From an uncultured virus (IMG/VR IMGVR_UViG_3300017995_000001) (Duplodnaviria > Heunggongvirae > Uroviricota > Caudoviricetes), in the IMG/VR virus record IMGVR_UViG_3300017995_000001: a stretch of 64,000 bases of DNA; one strand, 5' to 3'. Made by a program: the position numbers and the translations under genes. Position 1 is the first letter of the stretch. Each line of letters starts with the position of its first letter. A model generated the notes under the pieces. That model had not been told where the DNA came from. It saw only the letters and a program-made list of their open reading frames with translations, and ran no database searches. Positions 62,807-64,000 of the stretch are shown one piece after another.

Positions 62807-63711
62807 GGCACGTCCCTCCCCAGGTTGTCCGCGAAGGACAGCGACCCGTAGATGCTGCCGTACTGCGCGTACGGGCTGTAGGCGACGACGAACCGGTCCT
62901 CGTCCGAGAGCGCGACGAACTGCTGGGTGACGGCCGAGTCGGCGAGCGACGGGTTGGTCGTGGGGTCGTTCTGCCGCACGCTCGCGAAGAGCGCGACGTC
63001 GCACGGCGGCACGATGGGTATGTCGAGGGTGCGCTCGGCCTGGTCGGTGCGCGACGAGTACCGCAGCTCGTGGATGTTGCCGAGGCCCTGGACCGCCGTG
63101 CCCCACGGCCGGCCGCCGTTCGGGGCCGCGTACGCGGTCGGCGCCGTCGGCGGGCCCGCGATCGTCTGGTAGAGCAGGGCCGGGCTCTCGCTGTCCTGGA
63201 ACATCACGCCGTCGACGTTCAGGGGGTTGCGCCGGTCGCGCGTGACCTTGTTGATGATCATGACGTGCCAGGAGATGCTGCCGTCGACCGGGTGCCAGAG
63301 CGGCTGGCAGATCTCCCTCCGGAACGTGACCGTGCTGCCGACGGCGGGGCCCGCGCCGGTCGCGAGCGGCCCGGTCCGCGCCGGGATGCGCGCGACCAGC
63401 TCCGCGTAGGTCCGCAAGCCGACGAGGCGCACGCCGCGGTTGTCGGGGCTCTGCTCGCCGCCCTGGAAGCTCGCGCGCGCGAGTAGCATCAGGTATCGGT
63501 TGCCGCCGAGGGCCGCAGTCGGCGTCGACGGCACGACGAGGCCCGTGTACGCCTGCGTGCCGTAGGGGTCGCTGCCGACGAACCCGAACTCCGCGTTGGG
63601 GCCCGCCGCCACGATCTCGTAGCGCCCGTTGTAGAGCGCCTTGCGCAGCCCCTGCGCGACGCCGCCGGCGACGCCCTGGAGCTTGACGAGTTTCGCGACG
63701 GAGGACTTCAT
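62803..63711 (-). CDS. Putative structural protein (beta-rich)
   Basis: 302 aa, strong codon bias, operon context. Confidence 0.6.
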   Translation of the reverse strand: MKSSVAKLVKLQGVAGGVAQGLRKALYNGRYEIVAAGPNAEFGFVGSDPYGTQAYTGLVVPSTPTAALGGNRYLMLLARASFQGGEQSPDNRGVRLVGLRTYAELVARIPARTGPLATGAGPAVGSTVTFRREICQPLWHPVDGSISWHVMIINKVTRDRRNPLNVDGVMFQDSESPALLYQTIAGPPTAPTAYAAPNGGRPWGTAVQGLGNIHELRYSSRTDQAERTLDIPIVPPCDVALFASVRQNDPTTNPSLADSAVTQQFVALSDEDRFVVAYSPYAQYGSIYGSLSFADNLGRDVP

Positions 63712-63717
63712 GGGGGA

Positions 63718-64000
63718 TCAGTGGGTGGCGATGAGCGCGTTCGGGTCGGGGGTCTCGATGCCGAGCTTGCGCAGCGCCGCGCGCGCGTCGGCGTCGCTCA
63801 TGTCGTCGAGTTCCTTGGCGAGGAACGAGAACCCCGTGAAGGTGACCTCGACGTTGAACGGGACGCTCACCGGCGTCTGCAGCAGGATCGCCGAGATCTT
63901 GACGTTGGACTGCTTCGGGAGCGGCCAGCCCTCCGGCCACGTCGTCGCGAGCACGTCGAACACGTTGCCGAGGTCGATGAAGGTGTCCGAGTTCGCGAGG
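63718..64000 (-). CDS. Partial putative structural protein (jelly-roll-like C-terminal strands); 5' end beyond the window
   Basis: GWPLPKQSNVKISAIL...FNVEVTFTGFSF; frame open to the window edge. Confidence 0.55.
   Translation of the reverse strand, partial: LANSDTFIDLGNVFDVLATTWPEGWPLPKQSNVKISAILLQTPVSVPFNVEVTFTGFSFLAKELDDMSDADARAALRKLGIETPDPNALIATH

Larger units (their letters stand above)
1..64000. mobile_element. Bacteriophage/provirus genome segment spanning the whole window; ends not visible
   Basis: Primase-helicase, Sak4-like recombination module, tyrosine recombinase, HNH genes, lytic enzymes, many short overlapping ORFs (TGATG/GTGA junctions); no host core genes. Confidence 0.9.

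Noticed and set aside
1..64000. IS elements, reverse transcriptase/DGR, rRNA, introns
   Set aside because: No transposase, RT (YxDD) or rRNA-like sequence recognised

Overview
This window is a very GC-rich (roughly 70% by eye), gene-dense segment of a bacterial virus or provirus, with no host housekeeping genes. Short D/G-rich-linker lipoproteins hint at a Myxococcota (Polyangiaceae-like) host, but that is inference. Layout: (1) 1-8 kb: small early-type genes, a tRNA-Arg(ACG), a degenerate transglutaminase-like gene, a conserved phage gene pair and an HNH. (2) 8-16 kb: an AEP-type primase/Zn-finger/DnaB-helicase fusion carrying an iteron-like repeat cluster, opposed by a minus-strand operon (RHH regulator, SF2 helicase, NUMOD4-HNH, UDG-like, M41-like peptidase). 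(3) 16-23 kb: recombination module with a DEDDh exonuclease, a circularly permuted Cas4/AddB-like PD-(D/E)XK nuclease, a Sak4-like ATPase, an SSB-like protein and a Dam-family methylase. (4) 23.4-29.7 kb: minus-strand operon of acidic proteins with Arg-rich linkers, including an ART-like + ParB fusion. (5) 30-51 kb: membrane, LysM, lytic and spike-like genes interleaved with several toxin-antitoxin cassettes and a tyrosine recombinase preceded by a GATC cluster. (6) 51-58 kb: seven-gene glycosylation and sugar-methylation cluster. (7) 58-64 kb: HNH-AP2 and a putative structural operon. No terminase, portal, HK97 capsid or tail genes were recognised. The membrane-anchored, Ala/Pro-rich and beta-rich proteins fit a tailless, possibly membrane-containing virus better, but this is unproven. 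The strongest novel signals are the permuted Fe-S nuclease, the Arg-linker cargo-like operon and an N-terminal GR-x-x-AR-x-[TS]-YP tag shared by three putative virion proteins. All family calls come from motif recognition by eye, not database searches.
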